Assembly (NCBI GenBank): GCA_043228905.1
Contig: JBHGNT010000001.1
Location: forward strand, 15,996,001-16,060,000
DNA length: 64,000 nt
Direction of reading: 5' to 3'
Source: Azolla caroliniana
Taxonomy: Eukaryota; Plantae; Polypodiophyta
Below, in pieces: positions 49,661 through 62,520 of this stretch; position 1 is the stretch's first letter, and the number at the start of each line of letters is the position of its first letter. The notes beneath the pieces are model-generated. The model saw only the letters and a program-made list of their open reading frames with translations. It did no database searches and was not told where the DNA came from. The position numbers and the translations under genes are program-made.

Positions 49661-50960
49661 TGAAAGTAAGATAACGAAAGGGCTCCTCTGGAAGGAAGAT
49701 ATTAGTCTTTCTTTCAGAGTGGCAAGGCTTTTTTGTGAAGGAGAGGGATTTGTCTCCGGAAGAAGACCGCGGGGCTTACTGTGGTAGGTTGTTCTAATTG
49801 AAAATTGAGGTTCTCATATATGTTACTTCCAAGTTTTCAGAAATTAGAGTTTCTAAATTATCATGAGAATCTTTATGATTTTCATATGGACTTCAGCAGC
49901 AAGGCAGAGCAGACCAGCTGGGGCACGCTTGCGGTTGAGATCTCTGATAATATTTTTGGGTCTCTGAAATCTGTTCAGATTGTTAATTCCAAACTTGGTT
50001 CCTTTACTGAGCAAGTATCCCATTCACTGCTCACTCTCATCTTATACACGGTAGGCAGAAAAATTGCTCCTATATTCTATGGCCATAACGAGAGAGAGTC
50101 CCATATGTATATAAATGATTATGGTATTGAGAGAGAATTCATGAGAATCAAAAGGTAAGAGTCAGTGCATTCTTATTATAAGGAAGAGCCCACAGACATA
50201 TGTTGAACTGACTTCCTTATTACAGATCCAGGATTCTGATGTTACGACAATGTATGTGCAAAAAATCTCTGGAGTGTTGAATCTTGACAACGTGGATTGA
50301 TTCTATTGTGTTGTAATACTTCTCAAACATAGTATTAGATAATGTGAGGGACAAAAGACCATTGAAACTTTTGGGGTTTGATGATATTTTTCTGACATAT
50401 CTCGAGTATCATAGAATCTCAAACACATTCTTGAGAGGATATCAACATAGCATCCACAGATTGGGATCTTTCTAATGACATGCTATGTGCATTCCATCTA
50501 GATTAAAATTAATGCAAGTTTGATTCCTTTGCATTAGTTTCTTTTTAAAAGCAGATACTAGAAATTCCATCTCTGAAGCTCCTAAAAACATGTTTTTGTT
50601 GAGTTAACAATCAATATGCGATTTTCATGCTTAAGTACATCTACTTCGTAAGTTCGTAACAAACCAAGATGAAAGCTTAATGTCATTTTATTTGACTTGA
50701 CGAATGGTTTTAATTAGCAACTTATGGAGGAAGTTTTTCAAGCATGGCAATGATTTGGTTGAGATGAATGATTCAAATATTTCTTCTACACTCTGGATTG
50801 GAAATCAGTGGATTATTTAGGCATTTAATTATTTCCTTTGATTAGCATCAGAATAGACTGGGCTTAAACTTGTGTGTTTTGTTGCATGCTTACATCAAAG
50901 GAAAAATCCAAGTAGATTGATGTATGTATGTAAATTTGAACATGAACTAAAGTTGGGACC

Positions 50961-51023
50961 ATGGATGAAAGTGAAGAAAACATGGAAACTCAAGTAAATT
51001 TTATGAGGCTTGCTTTTGAAGAG
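50961..51023 (+). CDS. TAD2: tRNA-specific adenosine-34 deaminase TAD2/ADAT2, coding exon 1
   Basis: MDESEENMETQVNFMRLAFEE, then GTAAGA donor. Confidence 0.82.
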
Positions 51024-51113
51024 GTAAGAATGATGTCGACAATTTGTTATCATGTGGTTTTGGGATCATAAATTGTTTCTACCCTTTTGGATTTTGGTGC
51101 CATGGTCCACAAG

Positions 51114-51151
51114 GCAAATGATGCGATGCGGAATATGGAGGTTCCTATCGG
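51114..51151 (+). CDS. TAD2: TAD2/ADAT2 exon 2
   Basis: AAG acceptor; ANDAMRNMEVPIG (EVPxG motif); GTATGT donor, phase 2. Confidence 0.85.
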
Positions 51152-51599
51152 GTATGTTTCTCAGTCTTTGCATGTTAAGGTGCAATATGTTCACAAATCG
51201 ATGCATATTGCTAAATTGATGAGTTCTGGAAGATGCATGTTATTGAATTTCCTTTTGTTATGTCTGTCATTTAATTGTGATGATTTGGGTTAATTTTCAC
51301 TTTCAAATTTCCGTCGTTTTGCTTAATGATTGCTCTTATTAGGAAATAGGGAAATAGTTAACTTTAGCGTAAGCCAATATTGTTTGTTAAAATGATGATC
51401 TTAGATATATCAAGAACTAGTTCTAACTTCTCACTATCAAATATTCATTAGCAGGGCCTTAAGGCAAGCCTACTATCCCAAATCCACGAGTTGTGGAAGG
51501 CTATTTGTAAAGATATATCTACATTGTGTATGTAATCAAACTAAAATTATGAACAATAATCATGATGTATCCTAAAGTGGCCATGAAAAAACGATGAAG

Positions 51600-51686
51600 A
51601 ATTGGGGCATCTGAACCTGCTGCCCAAGACTTAAACCTACAACCTTTAGGCTGCGAAGTACAATCTGTCTCATTTGGTTGATGGGA
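51600..51686 (-). mobile_element. Possible decayed tRNA-derived SINE head in TAD2 intron 2
   Basis: Minus strand ...cctaaaggttgta GGTTTAAGTC ttgggc resembles tRNA variable loop and T arm; A box barely recognisable. Confidence 0.3.
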
Positions 51687-51820
51687 TGTTTGTTTAAGTT
51701 TAAGAACTGTAAGAAGGAAAGCTTGTGGATGTATAAGCAATAATTTATTCTTACATCAAATTTGTGGAGACACCTGAAGGTTTCTTGTATGATGTATATT
51801 TTTTTCTGTAATGCTTTCAG

Positions 51821-51887
51821 ATGTGTGATTGTGAAAGATGGAATGGTAGTAGCGTCAGGGAGTAACAAGACAAATGCAACTGGAAAT
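51821..51887 (+). CDS. TAD2: TAD2/ADAT2 exon 3
   Basis: tttcag acceptor; CVIVKDGMVVASGSNKTNATGN; GTAAGT donor; phase compatible. Confidence 0.9.
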
Positions 51888-52022
51888 GTAAGTTATATTA
51901 CTACTTGTTGAGGAATTATTTGCTGATTTTGCATTTCTGGAGACATCATTTGGAGCTATCTGAAAGTGTAATCAAGAGATTTTTCTTTGTCTAAATAAAT
52001 TGTAATGTGCTGTTGTTATTAG

Positions 52023-52182
52023 GCGACTCGGCATGCAGAAATGGAAGCGATTGACAAACTCATTTTTAAATGGCAGCAAAGAGGGATCAATCAACGTGGG
52101 ATCGCAGAAGAATTTTCAAAGTGTGAACTATATGTGACATGTGAACCTTGTATCATGTGCGCTGCCGCTCTCTCTATCGTGG
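52023..52182 (+). CDS. TAD2: TAD2/ADAT2 exon 4 (catalytic HAE and PCxxC); gene continues beyond the window
   Basis: [11 protein letters not shown]...[19 protein letters not shown]; GTTAGT donor. Confidence 0.93.
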
Positions 52183-52399
52183 GTTAGTTTCTATTTTGCA
52201 AACAATAATCATATCTATCAAACCAAGTATGTTTTTATAAGTTTGAGTTTCTAATGCTGATAACATGGTTCTGTGGTTTTCTCTGTTGCAAACAATCATA
52301 TATCTATAAAACCCAAGTATGTTCATATAAGTTTTAGTTTGTTATATTGATTACATGGTTCCTATGTTTTCCTCTATTGCAAGAGAACATATCCCTAAA

Positions 52400-53900
52400 A
52401 CCCTTATGGAGGAAGGAAGAGCCCATACAAAGGAGAATCTATTGTTGCTTTGTAGATTTCCCAAAAGCCTTCAAAATTGAACTGCGTGCTTGGCTCATAC
52501 GACGACTAGAAGCCCTTGGAGTTCTGCTAAATGTGCAATGGCGACGCCATACATTATATGAATCTGTATCAGGAAAAGTGCATGCTCGTCATGGGTTGTT
52601 GGAGGTCATTACGAGCATGAAGACACACAAGTGATCAATAGACAAGTATGTATACACACAAATAGATGTATCTACTATTTATGAATGAATATGCAGAGGT
52701 GAAAGAATAGGTAAAGGAAGGAACGAGGTATAAAAGGCAAATCCAATAGATTAATTTGTAAGGGTAAACATACACGAACGATAGATCTGATTAGCAATAT
52801 GATGCTCAAGCTACAACAGATTCCGAACTCACACAAATCACTCAAGCTAGCACAGAGCTTGCAGATATCATATAGTAACTCAAATATGAAGCATACATTA
52901 ACTGTATCAAAACTCTAACCAAAACACTAGTAGCGTATATTGCTATCTGAAACAACAAAACTATCATATGCCTATGAACTAGAAGGGGGGCTTCAATACT
53001 AGATGCACTGAGAGCATTTGCCAGGCTCTACCCTTTCGTCTGCATAAGCCGCCCGTTTATACCTTTATGGAGCTTGGACGAAAAGGGAAAGGAAGAAACA
53101 AAAGGTAGTTGAGGGCGATGATTCAGGGAGAGGAGATTTAGAATCTGCGGTGGCACACCTTTAATCTTGGGAGGTAAGCATCATCCACGGCAGAGAAGGT
53201 GCTTCATACATTATATGAATCTGTATCAGGAAAAGTGCATGCTTGTCATGGGTTGTTGGAGGTCATTGCGAGCATGATTGGATTGAAACCAGGATGCCCA
53301 CAATTCTTCATTGTCTTCAGTCTTAATATTAGATGAGGCATTTAATTATGTAGAGAGATTGGGTGGTTCAGGAGCATGCTCGATGGGAAAACCAGAGCAA
53401 TATTATTATATGCTGATAGTGTTAATCGTTGAACTCACCAAAAAGACAACAATGACATCTAGATGCTTTAACCTCTTTTTTATTGAAAAACATTTGTTGA
53501 TAACCCTTGATAAAACTAAAATGCTGATGGTTAACACCACTCAAGAATGTTATGGGATCAGAATTAGAATTCTTCTTGGGAGTGGAAAAGGTGGCATACA
53601 CACAATTCTACACATACCTAGGAGTAACATTCCTAGGGCCTTTGTTACTCTCTTTCTTCTGCCCTTGAGAGACAATGTGTACATACTACATATACAGTTC
53701 CAAGAACCACAAATTAAATTGTGGTTAAGACACTTGTAATATTGGCCCTTCTCTATGGAGTAGAAATGGGGAACCAAACCTTGATACAGTACATGATTGG
53801 ATAGATGTAGAGAGATCATTAATCTTGACAATTGCTCCATGAATCTGGGCAAAGATTGGAGCAGCCTCAATAGTGGCTGCACTATTTTGATTAGTGATTA
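52400..53900 (+). mobile_element. Highly decayed LINE reverse-transcriptase remnant in TAD2 intron 4
   Basis: IYCCFVDFPKAF, GLKPGCP, DKTKML fragments in LINE RT order. Confidence 0.6.
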
Positions 53901-54231
53901 GTCTGTCATGGATTTGGAAACTCTCAAAGCATCAATTATTATGATTGGCACTTATTTATCAAAAAATCTGGGTGTGCTAAAATCCAAGAACAGTTCCAAT
54001 CCCGTGGCATAAATATAGCTTGGATTGTTCACACTTGAACATGACCAAAGTAGAAAATAATAGAGTGATCCAAACTGATATCTTTAATGAAAGAACATGG
54101 GCCTCACACCGATGAACCCCATTCTAATAGGAGGTTGGATTGCCCACATCTGAACATGTCCAAAGTGGAAAAGAATAGAGTGATCCAATCTAATATCATT
54201 AAATTGGATAATGAAAGAACATGGATCTGCC

Positions 54232-57200
54232 TGTTGGGTCCAGACCTGCACTCTCTTTCATCTTTATTATCTCTGTACTACATTCTCTCTCTTCCCAGAT
54301 TCTTCTCTCTCTAGAATTTGCAACTCTTTAAATGCCTTCTCTCTCTAGAATCTGCAATGCTTTAAATGCCTTTTGTCTCTTCCCCTTTTTGCAAGATATT
54401 CCCTTTTTATTCCCAGTTTATTGTACCTGTTTGGTAGTACAAGAGTCTCTTAACTACCAAACAACCATTCCCAATTTTGTATAAATAGGCTTATACCAGC
54501 CTCTTTTGTAAGAAGATTATTTTCTGCTGCTACTTAGAAACAAGCACAACTCTTTGGCTGTGTCTCTACTCTTTGCAACCATTTTTTCTACTGCTGTCTA
54601 ACAGCCTTCTCACAGCTTGGCTGTGTCTATTTTGTTCTAACTCTTCCGCTGCTGCTATTAACAGCTTTGCTCACATGGTATCAAAGTAGTGAGGTATCCA
54701 TATCCTCAGCCTGATTTTTTTGCCAAAGAGCACACAAACCTCTCTTCTTTTATCCCTCCCTCCCAACCCTATAGAGGAGGTTCTCTTAGCAGCCACCCTC
54801 CCAACCTACAGAGGAGGTTCTTTTTTTTTCCCCCTCATCTGAGCCTCACCTAGCATCTAGGGAGAAGTAGAAAGACCCTGAGCATCTACTTACAACTGCT
54901 GTAAATTGTCCAGTTGTAGCTCAAGAGGAGTATATCCATGGCCTCACATGCCACGATTGTTTCATCAACCATTCCCCAACTCCCCAAAGAGTCCATCTTG
55001 GATGGGAACAATTACTTGGATTGGGAGCTACAAATAAAGACCATGCTACAATACCATCGTTTAGGGAATGTAGTCAATAGTAGTGACAAGAAACCACCAG
55101 TAACTTCATCCTCTTCAACCAAATCAGTTGCTGGCTCATCTAACACTGAGATTGAAGTGTGGCTAGATAAGGATTCTCGCGCCCATGCTTTCCTCATGTT
55201 TAATATAAACCGAGCATCGCTCGTCAATTTCAAGATGCAGATGAAGAGACAGCCAATGAACTATGGACATCCATCAAAAAGAGGTACCATCGAGCTAATC
55301 ATGCTCAAATGATAGCTATTGAGAACCAACTAGCTAATCTCAAGATTCATGACACTCCCAACATCATGGATCAAATAACGCAATTTGTTACTCTCCAAAA
55401 GGAACTAGTTTCTTTGGGAAGCAAGTCAACTGAAGTTGAGTTTGTGCATCGTCTAATGATAAAGTTGCCTGAGTCATTCTCAGCATTTTGTGACACAATT
55501 TCTCTTCTTCCCAACACACCTGATATGAATACATTTCTTGGTATGCTACAAGATAGGGCAACAAGTAAGAAAAGTGCTCAAACTTCCAATGAGACGCTTC
55601 TACATGCGACAAGTAAAGGCAAGTGGAAGCAAAATGGTAACTCCTACAACAAACCCAATCCAAGACCACCAAACAACCCAGCCTACAAGGAGCTCACTTG
55701 TCATTATTGTGACTATAAAGGTCACATTCAGCCGGATTGTCGGAAAAAGAAAAGGGACAATGCTAAGAACTCTTCTTCTACCGAAAATCAACCTACACCG
55801 AAATCCAACTCGGCCCACTCAGCCCACTCAACCAAAGAAACAGTTTTCCTTGGCATTGAGGAACATACTTCATTTGGCTGGACCAACTACCTCAACCATT
55901 GATGATTGGTTAGTAGATAGTGGTGCTACTTCACACATGACCTATGACAAATCCATTTTGCATGATGTGAAACCAAGCTCCTCCCAAATCTCCATAGGAG
56001 ATGCCTCAAGCATTGAGGCTTCATGTGTGGGTAATGTGTTTCTTAACAATTCTTCAAATGAAGAACTTGTCATTCTTCAAGATGTGCTACATGTGCCTCG
56101 CATCTCTGCCAACCTACTTTCAGTCTACCAAATCACTAAGCAAGGTTATGGAGTCTACTTTGATAGCTCAGTTTTGGAATTCATTGACACCTACAACCTA
56201 CAAATTGTAGCTAGTAGCACACAAGAAGGGGGTTTATACTGCCTGAAAAGTTCCCATAGCCCCTTGGAAAAGTCCAAATCTCATCTTCTTCATCTTCTTC
56301 AAGGCTCTCATGCGTTGGTGGCACAAGAAGATCCCACGTTGTGGCATGCTAGGTTTGGTCATCTCAACTATGATTCTCTTCAAAAGCTCTCCTCTTCCCA
56401 ACTAGTTGAGGGTCTTCCTATTTTCAAAACTCCCAATACCCCATGTGTTGCTTGTCTTCATGGCAAGCAACATCGAGAGCCTTTCCCTCATGAAACCACT
56501 CACCGTGCAACATCTATCTTGGAGTTAGTGCACATGGATCTTTGTGGTCCCATGAAAACCACTACTCTTGGTGGTGCACACTACTTCATGCTCATCATTG
56601 ATGATTTTTCCCGCAAGGTTTGGGTTTATTTTCTTGTAGAAAAATCGCAAGCCTTCACAAAATTTCAAGAATGGGTAGTTCTCGTGGAGAACGAGACATC
56701 GAAGAAAGTTCAAAAGATCAGGTCGGACAATGGTGGAGAGTTTATCTCTCAAGCTTTCCACCATTTCTGCTCTCAACGAGGCATTGCTCGCCAATTTTCT
56801 ACACCCAATACTCCTCAACAAAATGGTGTCATGGAAAGAAAGAACCGGACAGTCCAAGAGATGGCTCGTACGATGTTATCTCAATCTGATCTTTCTCTCT
56901 CGTTTTGGGGTGAAGCTGTCAACACAGCAGTCTACATCATCAACTGCTGCCCAACAAAAGCAGTTGCTGGAATGATGCCTGTAGAAGCACTTACAGATGT
57001 AAAGCCCTCATTATCTCATTTTAAAGTCTTTGGTTGTGATGCTTATGTTCACATTTCAGATCATAAAAGGACGAAATTTGAGTCCAAAGCCAAGAAATGC
57101 AAATTTCTTGGTTACAGCACACAATCTAAAGCATACAGGTTATGGGATTTAGAGTCAAAAGTCCCTAGTCATCTCTAGGGATGTTCATTTTGTGGAGTCT

Positions 57201-58596
57201 CAGCCGGATGATTCTAGGATTTCACCTGAGTTGATGGTTGAAATCCCAGCTCCTCCGGAATCTCCTATTTTAGACGAAGATGTCTCATCTTCAAGCCCCG
57301 CATCTCCTACTCAATCTCTAACTTCGCCAACAATTCAATCCTCCCTCAACTCCACTTGTTTCCCCTCCCTCTACAAACCAACTTCCACCACTTCCCAAGT
57401 GGCTTCAAGCCACCATTCGTGATTCTCATCTCTCCGATGCTGAACCTCATGAGTATACATCTGGTTCTCGAACACGTAAGTCACAATGGCCTCCTCACTC
57501 ATGCACTTTGCCTTACTAAGCACTGTTGGGCAATCACAAGAACCCACAACAGCAAAAGAGACCCTTGTTCTTCCAAAGTGGAAAGCAGCAATGGAAGTTG
57601 AACTTGATTCCAGTGAGCGGAATCATACATGGGAGCTGGTTCCACGGGACTGAAATGGATTTTCAAGACCAAGTACCATGCTGATGGTACTTTGGATAAG
57701 CGCAAGGCACGTTTAGTTGCAAAAGGCTACTCACAAGTCAAAAGGAGTGGATTACGAGGAAACTTTTGCTCCAACAGCAAGGTACACCTCTATTCGATGT
57801 GCGCTTGCACTTGCTGCTCACAACAAATGGCCCATCTTTCAAATGAATGTCAAGTCAGCCTGCCTTAATTGTGACTTGAAAGAGGAGGTTGATGTTTAAC
57901 AGCCTCTAGGTTTTGAGATTTCAGAGCAGAAAAACATGGTCTCAGATTCCACAAAGCTTTGTATGGCTTAAAGCAAGTTCCCAAAGCTTGGCATGACAAA
58001 ATTTACACCTTCTTTCTCTCTCTTGGGTTTCAGAACTGTTATATTGACAACAATCTCTATGTTTTTTTTTCCTGCTTCCAAGGCATGCCATTAATCAGCT
58101 CCTCGGTCGACTCAATGTTTGATGGTCGTTCTGGAGCTGAGAGGTGTTGGAGGGTGGCAGCTCCAGACCTGCACTCTCTTTCATCTTTATTATCTCTGTA
58201 CTACATTCTCTCTCTTCCCAGATTCTTCTCTCTCTAGAATCTGCAACTCTTTAAATGCCTTCTCTCTCTAGAATCTGCAATGCTTTAAATGCCTTTTGTC
58301 TCTTCCCCTTTTTGCAAGATATTCCCTTTTTATTCCTAGTTTATTGTACCTGTTTGGTAGTACAAGAGTCTCTTAACTACCAAACAACCATTCCCAATTT
58401 TGTATAAATAGGCTTATACCAGCCTCTTTTGTAAGAAGATTATTTTCTGCTGCTACTTAGAAACAAGCACAACTCTTTGGCTGTGTCTCTACTCTTTGCA
58501 ACCATTTTTTCTACTGCTGTCTAACAGCCTTCTCACAGCTTGGCTGTGTCTATTTTGTTCTAACTCTTCCGCTGCTGCTATTAACAGCTTTTCTCA
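54232..58596 (+). mobile_element. Ty1/Copia element M, internally deleted (RT C-terminus and RNase H lost)
   Basis: LTRs 54232-54673 and 58145-58596; TSD CTGCC; PBS TGGTATCAAAG at 54676; gag CHYCDYKGHIQPDC, WLVDSGATSH, integrase RSDNGGEF/QQNGVMERKNR. Confidence 0.93.
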
Positions 58597-59066
58597 CTGC
58601 CCCACGCCAACTCTTGGTAGGAGGATGGCTGATTATAATGCCATTTTTCTACACAGTCAAATGATGGATCTATTATGAGGCTTTCTTATATGGATACACA
58701 TCTATCTCATGATAGGGTTTCTCAGAACCTCTTCACATCAGTTGGTGATTGAGATAGAAGATATGCACAAAGATATATGGAAGAATGATCTGCCAATTGT
58801 GTCATCGGGGTGTGGAATTGGAGAAACAATATATTCGCTCTTGTGCTCATTTTTATGAATTAAGATGGAGTTACCTCTGCCTCTTCAAACGATGATAATG
58901 AAATATAAATACCACTTGCCAAGGTAATCAAGTATGAAGATCAATGATACTTGAGTTTGTTCTTGATAAAACTCTAGAGATAGAGAGAAGTTGTTGAAGG
59001 ACAACAATACAACCACAACATGTAATGTTCATTGGTTTAGACATGCTTATTTGGGGGCCATCATAC

Positions 59067-60340
59067 TGTAATATCTGAGTCGTCAGCTTTATTGGACTGA
59101 CCTAATGTGTGTCATTGGGTACCCCACACATGATTGGTCAGGTAGATGTCATTACATGGCCTAGGTCCTATAAATAGGGGATACTCTCCTTAGTCATGGG
59201 GAGCCCCATGAGTGGTTTTGACGAAGCTCTCTTTGATGTGGACTAGTCATCTACCAAGGTCCTGACGTGGAGATCTTGGCTGGTATGGGACAAATCGGGA
59301 TTCCTCGTCTGTGTTGTCGACTCTGGCGTGGGGGCGGATTGTGTCACTTATGTCTTTATTTTAGGATTAATGATCTTGGTTATTACATATGGTATCAGAG
59401 CGGTTTTAATCCTAAAAAAATAATGTTTGATTGGATTCGCGTTGTGTGCTATAGTACGGGAAAATATGATATTTTTTTTACTGATGAATATATGTTAAAC
59501 AATGGATTGGGGGAGTGTCGAAAATGCCACAGAGAGTCTGTTTGCGGTGATGTGTTGATGTGCAATGTATTGTATGGCGTTATGTATAATAAAAATATTG
59601 AGGGTTTTACATCAAAATCTGTGTGATGGGTTGGTTAGTATATTCATGTCATATCCTTGAGAAAGGCTTTGAGTTCAATCCACTAATGGACCAAAAAGCA
59701 GGGGGTTAAGTAAAAGAAAAAAAGAGTTCTATAAAATTATTGTTATTATTACGATTATATGTGTTTATATGTTTAGATATTCAATATATATTTATTAAAA
59801 TAAAAGCACCATAAATATTCTTTTATTTATTTTTTGTATACCCCTCTTGATCAAGATGGCCATGCCCATGAGGCGGCCTTACATGTGGAGATCGCATATC
59901 AAGAGGTCGGCCACCTAAAATATTATAGGTGATGCTTGATCATCTAATTTTCGATGAAATAATTGATGATCATCATATATATGGATAATGATCATTGGTA
60001 ATCAATGTCATTAAGATTGGCTGATAGAATTAGGGTGATGATCATTGAATGTCAATAATCAATTGATCATCCACCCTATGATTATATCAAAGGGCCATAA
60101 TCATCCATCAGTACGGCTGCGTTTGAATTCTATGGATGATTATAGAGTTGATTATAAGGATAAGATCATCATCATTTATTAATCGATGTGAAGGAGAAAG
60201 AAAAGAAAAAAAAAAGTGTTTGAGAGGGGATCATGAGTATGAGATGGATGGGAGGAATATTGGGATGATGAGTGAAGAGATCATCATTATTGGGATGATC
60301 ATCACCATTATTTGGTTAGTACAGTGATTCTGAAGGAAGT
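59067..60340 (+). mobile_element. 5' LTR (59067-59387), iMet PBS and leader of LTR element N
   Basis: TGTAATA...TATTACA termini, CCTATAAATAGG, TGGTATCAGAGC at 59390-59401; right boundary uncertain. Confidence 0.75.
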
Positions 60341-60617
60341 CACCTACTATCCCCACCGACTTCCAAAAAAGGAATGTTTATCCCTAAAATCTAAAGTAGG
60401 AATTCTCATAACGAAAAAGGGAGAATTTCCTAGTTTGGAGGCATTCAAGAGATTAACCTTAGAGAGGTGGTCACCGACTTCCTAAAAGGGAAGATATTAC
60501 TCCTAATGTTGTTGGGTTCTTATTTTGAATCCCCAAAAACTTCACCACTTTAGGGTTATGAGAGTTTTTATGGACGGGGAAGAAACCTCCTAAAGAGGAA
60601 AAAAATGCCCTTGTAGT

Positions 60618-60720
60618 CCTAAGTGTGTTCATACATTACTGTCCTAAATGTGTTCACACACATCACTATCCTAAGTGTGTTCACGCATCACTGTCCTAAG
60701 TGTGTTCACACACATCACTA
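60618..60720. repeat. About 26-bp tandem repeat x4 in U3 of Copia O LTR
   Basis: cctaagtgtgttcac(a/g)catcactgt units. Confidence 0.85.
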
Positions 60721-62046
60721 CCAAAATATGGCAACAAATCCCCCTTGGGAGTGATGCGGTGAACAAAGAGCTGACACTCATGGTTAAACTAATGCCAAGC
60801 TATGTGGATAGAGATGAATCCACAAATGGGATTAGGCCTAAAGCTTTGCGGAAAGCTTCAAACTTCTCCCTAGGCAGAGCCTTTGTGAAGAGGTCTGCAA
60901 TGTTCTCTTGCATGGGTACATAAGCCAAACTGATCTCTCCAGTGGAGAACCTTTCCTTGACATAGTGATAATGCACCTCAATGTGCTTAGGGTTCCTCGC
61001 AACTGCCATTGCGCTTTGACTGTCAGTGAAGATGGTGGTAGCAAAAGACTGACCAACACCCAAATCAGCTAAAAGGCGTCTGAGCCACACACACTCAACT
61101 GTAGCTGTGAAAGCTGCCCTATACTCAGCCTCACAACTAGAAGCGGCCACAATAGGCTGCTTCTTGCTCAACCAAGATATGCATGAGCTACCAAGCATGA
61201 AGCAAAAACCACTTGTGGACACACGAGTGTCATAACGACCAGCCCAATCAGAGTCAGAAAAAGGGTAGTGATCCCCCCTTGGGATAAAACAACCCAAGTG
61301 ACCGGGTACCACTCAAGTAGCGAAAGATGCGCTTAACTGAATGTCAGGTCGGGTTATGCATAAACCTGTTCATCTGAGAGACAGCAAACTGAATGTCAGG
61401 TCGGGTTATGCATAAGTAAATCAAGCATCCAACTGCCTGCTGATAGAGAACAGCATCAAATGCATCTCTAGCATCATGAAGGCTCAAACGTAAACCTGTC
61501 TCCATGGGAGTGGCAATAGGTTTACAGTCTTCAAGGCCAAAACGCGGTAATAATGTGTCAATGTATTTCGATTGACACAAAGCTATTCCACCATCAACTT
61601 GCATGAATTGAATGCCCAAATAATGATGCAAATGTCCCAAATCGGACATCTCAAAAGAGGCATGCAAATCGGCCTTAAAGTTAGCTATATGCTTCTCATT
61701 GGGACCAGTGAGCAACATATCATTGACATACACAACTATGATCAGAAATACATCACCAGCACGCTTTAACATATAAGGTGCTTTCAGTTGGACTATTCTC
61801 AAACCCAAATGCAATCAAATAGGCATGTATCTTTTCATACCAAGAACGTGGTGCTTGCTTCAAGCCATATAATGCCTTTTTCAACCTGCACACTTTGTGT
61901 TCATGCCCTTTCTGCACAAAAGCACGGGGCTGGGATACATACACTTCCTCATGAAGATCACCATTTAGAAATGTTGTTTTAATATCCAACTGATGTACAT
62001 TCCAACCACGATGAGCTGCAATTGCATAGATGCTACAAATAGTAGT

Positions 62047-62520
62047 TGTTGACAATCAAGCTCAACTTGTGTGAACATGTGCTTATGAAGAAAAGGACGA
62101 TGTGTGAAAAAGTGTGTGAGCACACTTTATTGTACTCCGTTTAGTTGTCGAGTGTGTGAGAGCACACTTCATTGTAATCCGTGTAGTGGTCGAGTGTTAG
62201 TGTGGTCAAAGAATATTAGATATTCTTATGACAAAATCGTACTCAAGTGGATATCTTGGTTAGATTCTACCAACACATTTAATAGGGCAGTCCCTTGAGG
62301 ACTTGTATATAAAACCCCCTTTGGCCATTTAGTTTAGTTGATGATCTTTAGTTAATTAATATAGCTCTCTTCAATGCATAAGCTGTCATCCCCCTACTGT
62401 GTATTTTCTTACTATTTTCTGGTTATTCTCTCTGAGTTCTTCTCTTGCTTATTCACCCACTCTCACACAAACACACTACGCTTCTGAATACTCAACTCTA
62501 CTAGAGTTAGATTCTTTACA
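62047..62520 (+). mobile_element. Solo LTR P inserted in Copia O RT
   Basis: TG...CA termini; TSD GTAGT (62042-62046 / 62521-62525); TATATAAA near 62307. Confidence 0.9.

Noticed and set aside
49805-50158. 117-aa ORF upstream of TAD2
   Set aside because: No recognisable domain and a non-ATG start; more likely 5' UTR or intron sequence
48218-52182. Functional link between the tRNA-like cassettes and the neighbouring tRNA deaminase gene
   Set aside because: The cassettes travel inside mobile LTRs and none shows an ANN anticodon (the TAD2 substrate); proximity looks coincidental
52191-54222. Short local duplications (52191-52345; 54020-54222)
   Set aside because: Ordinary intronic tandem duplications with no coding or structural signal
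60618-60720. CRISPR-like array (also 1850-1921)
   Set aside because: Head-to-tail repeats without unique spacers, inside eukaryotic LTR U3 regions; no cas genes
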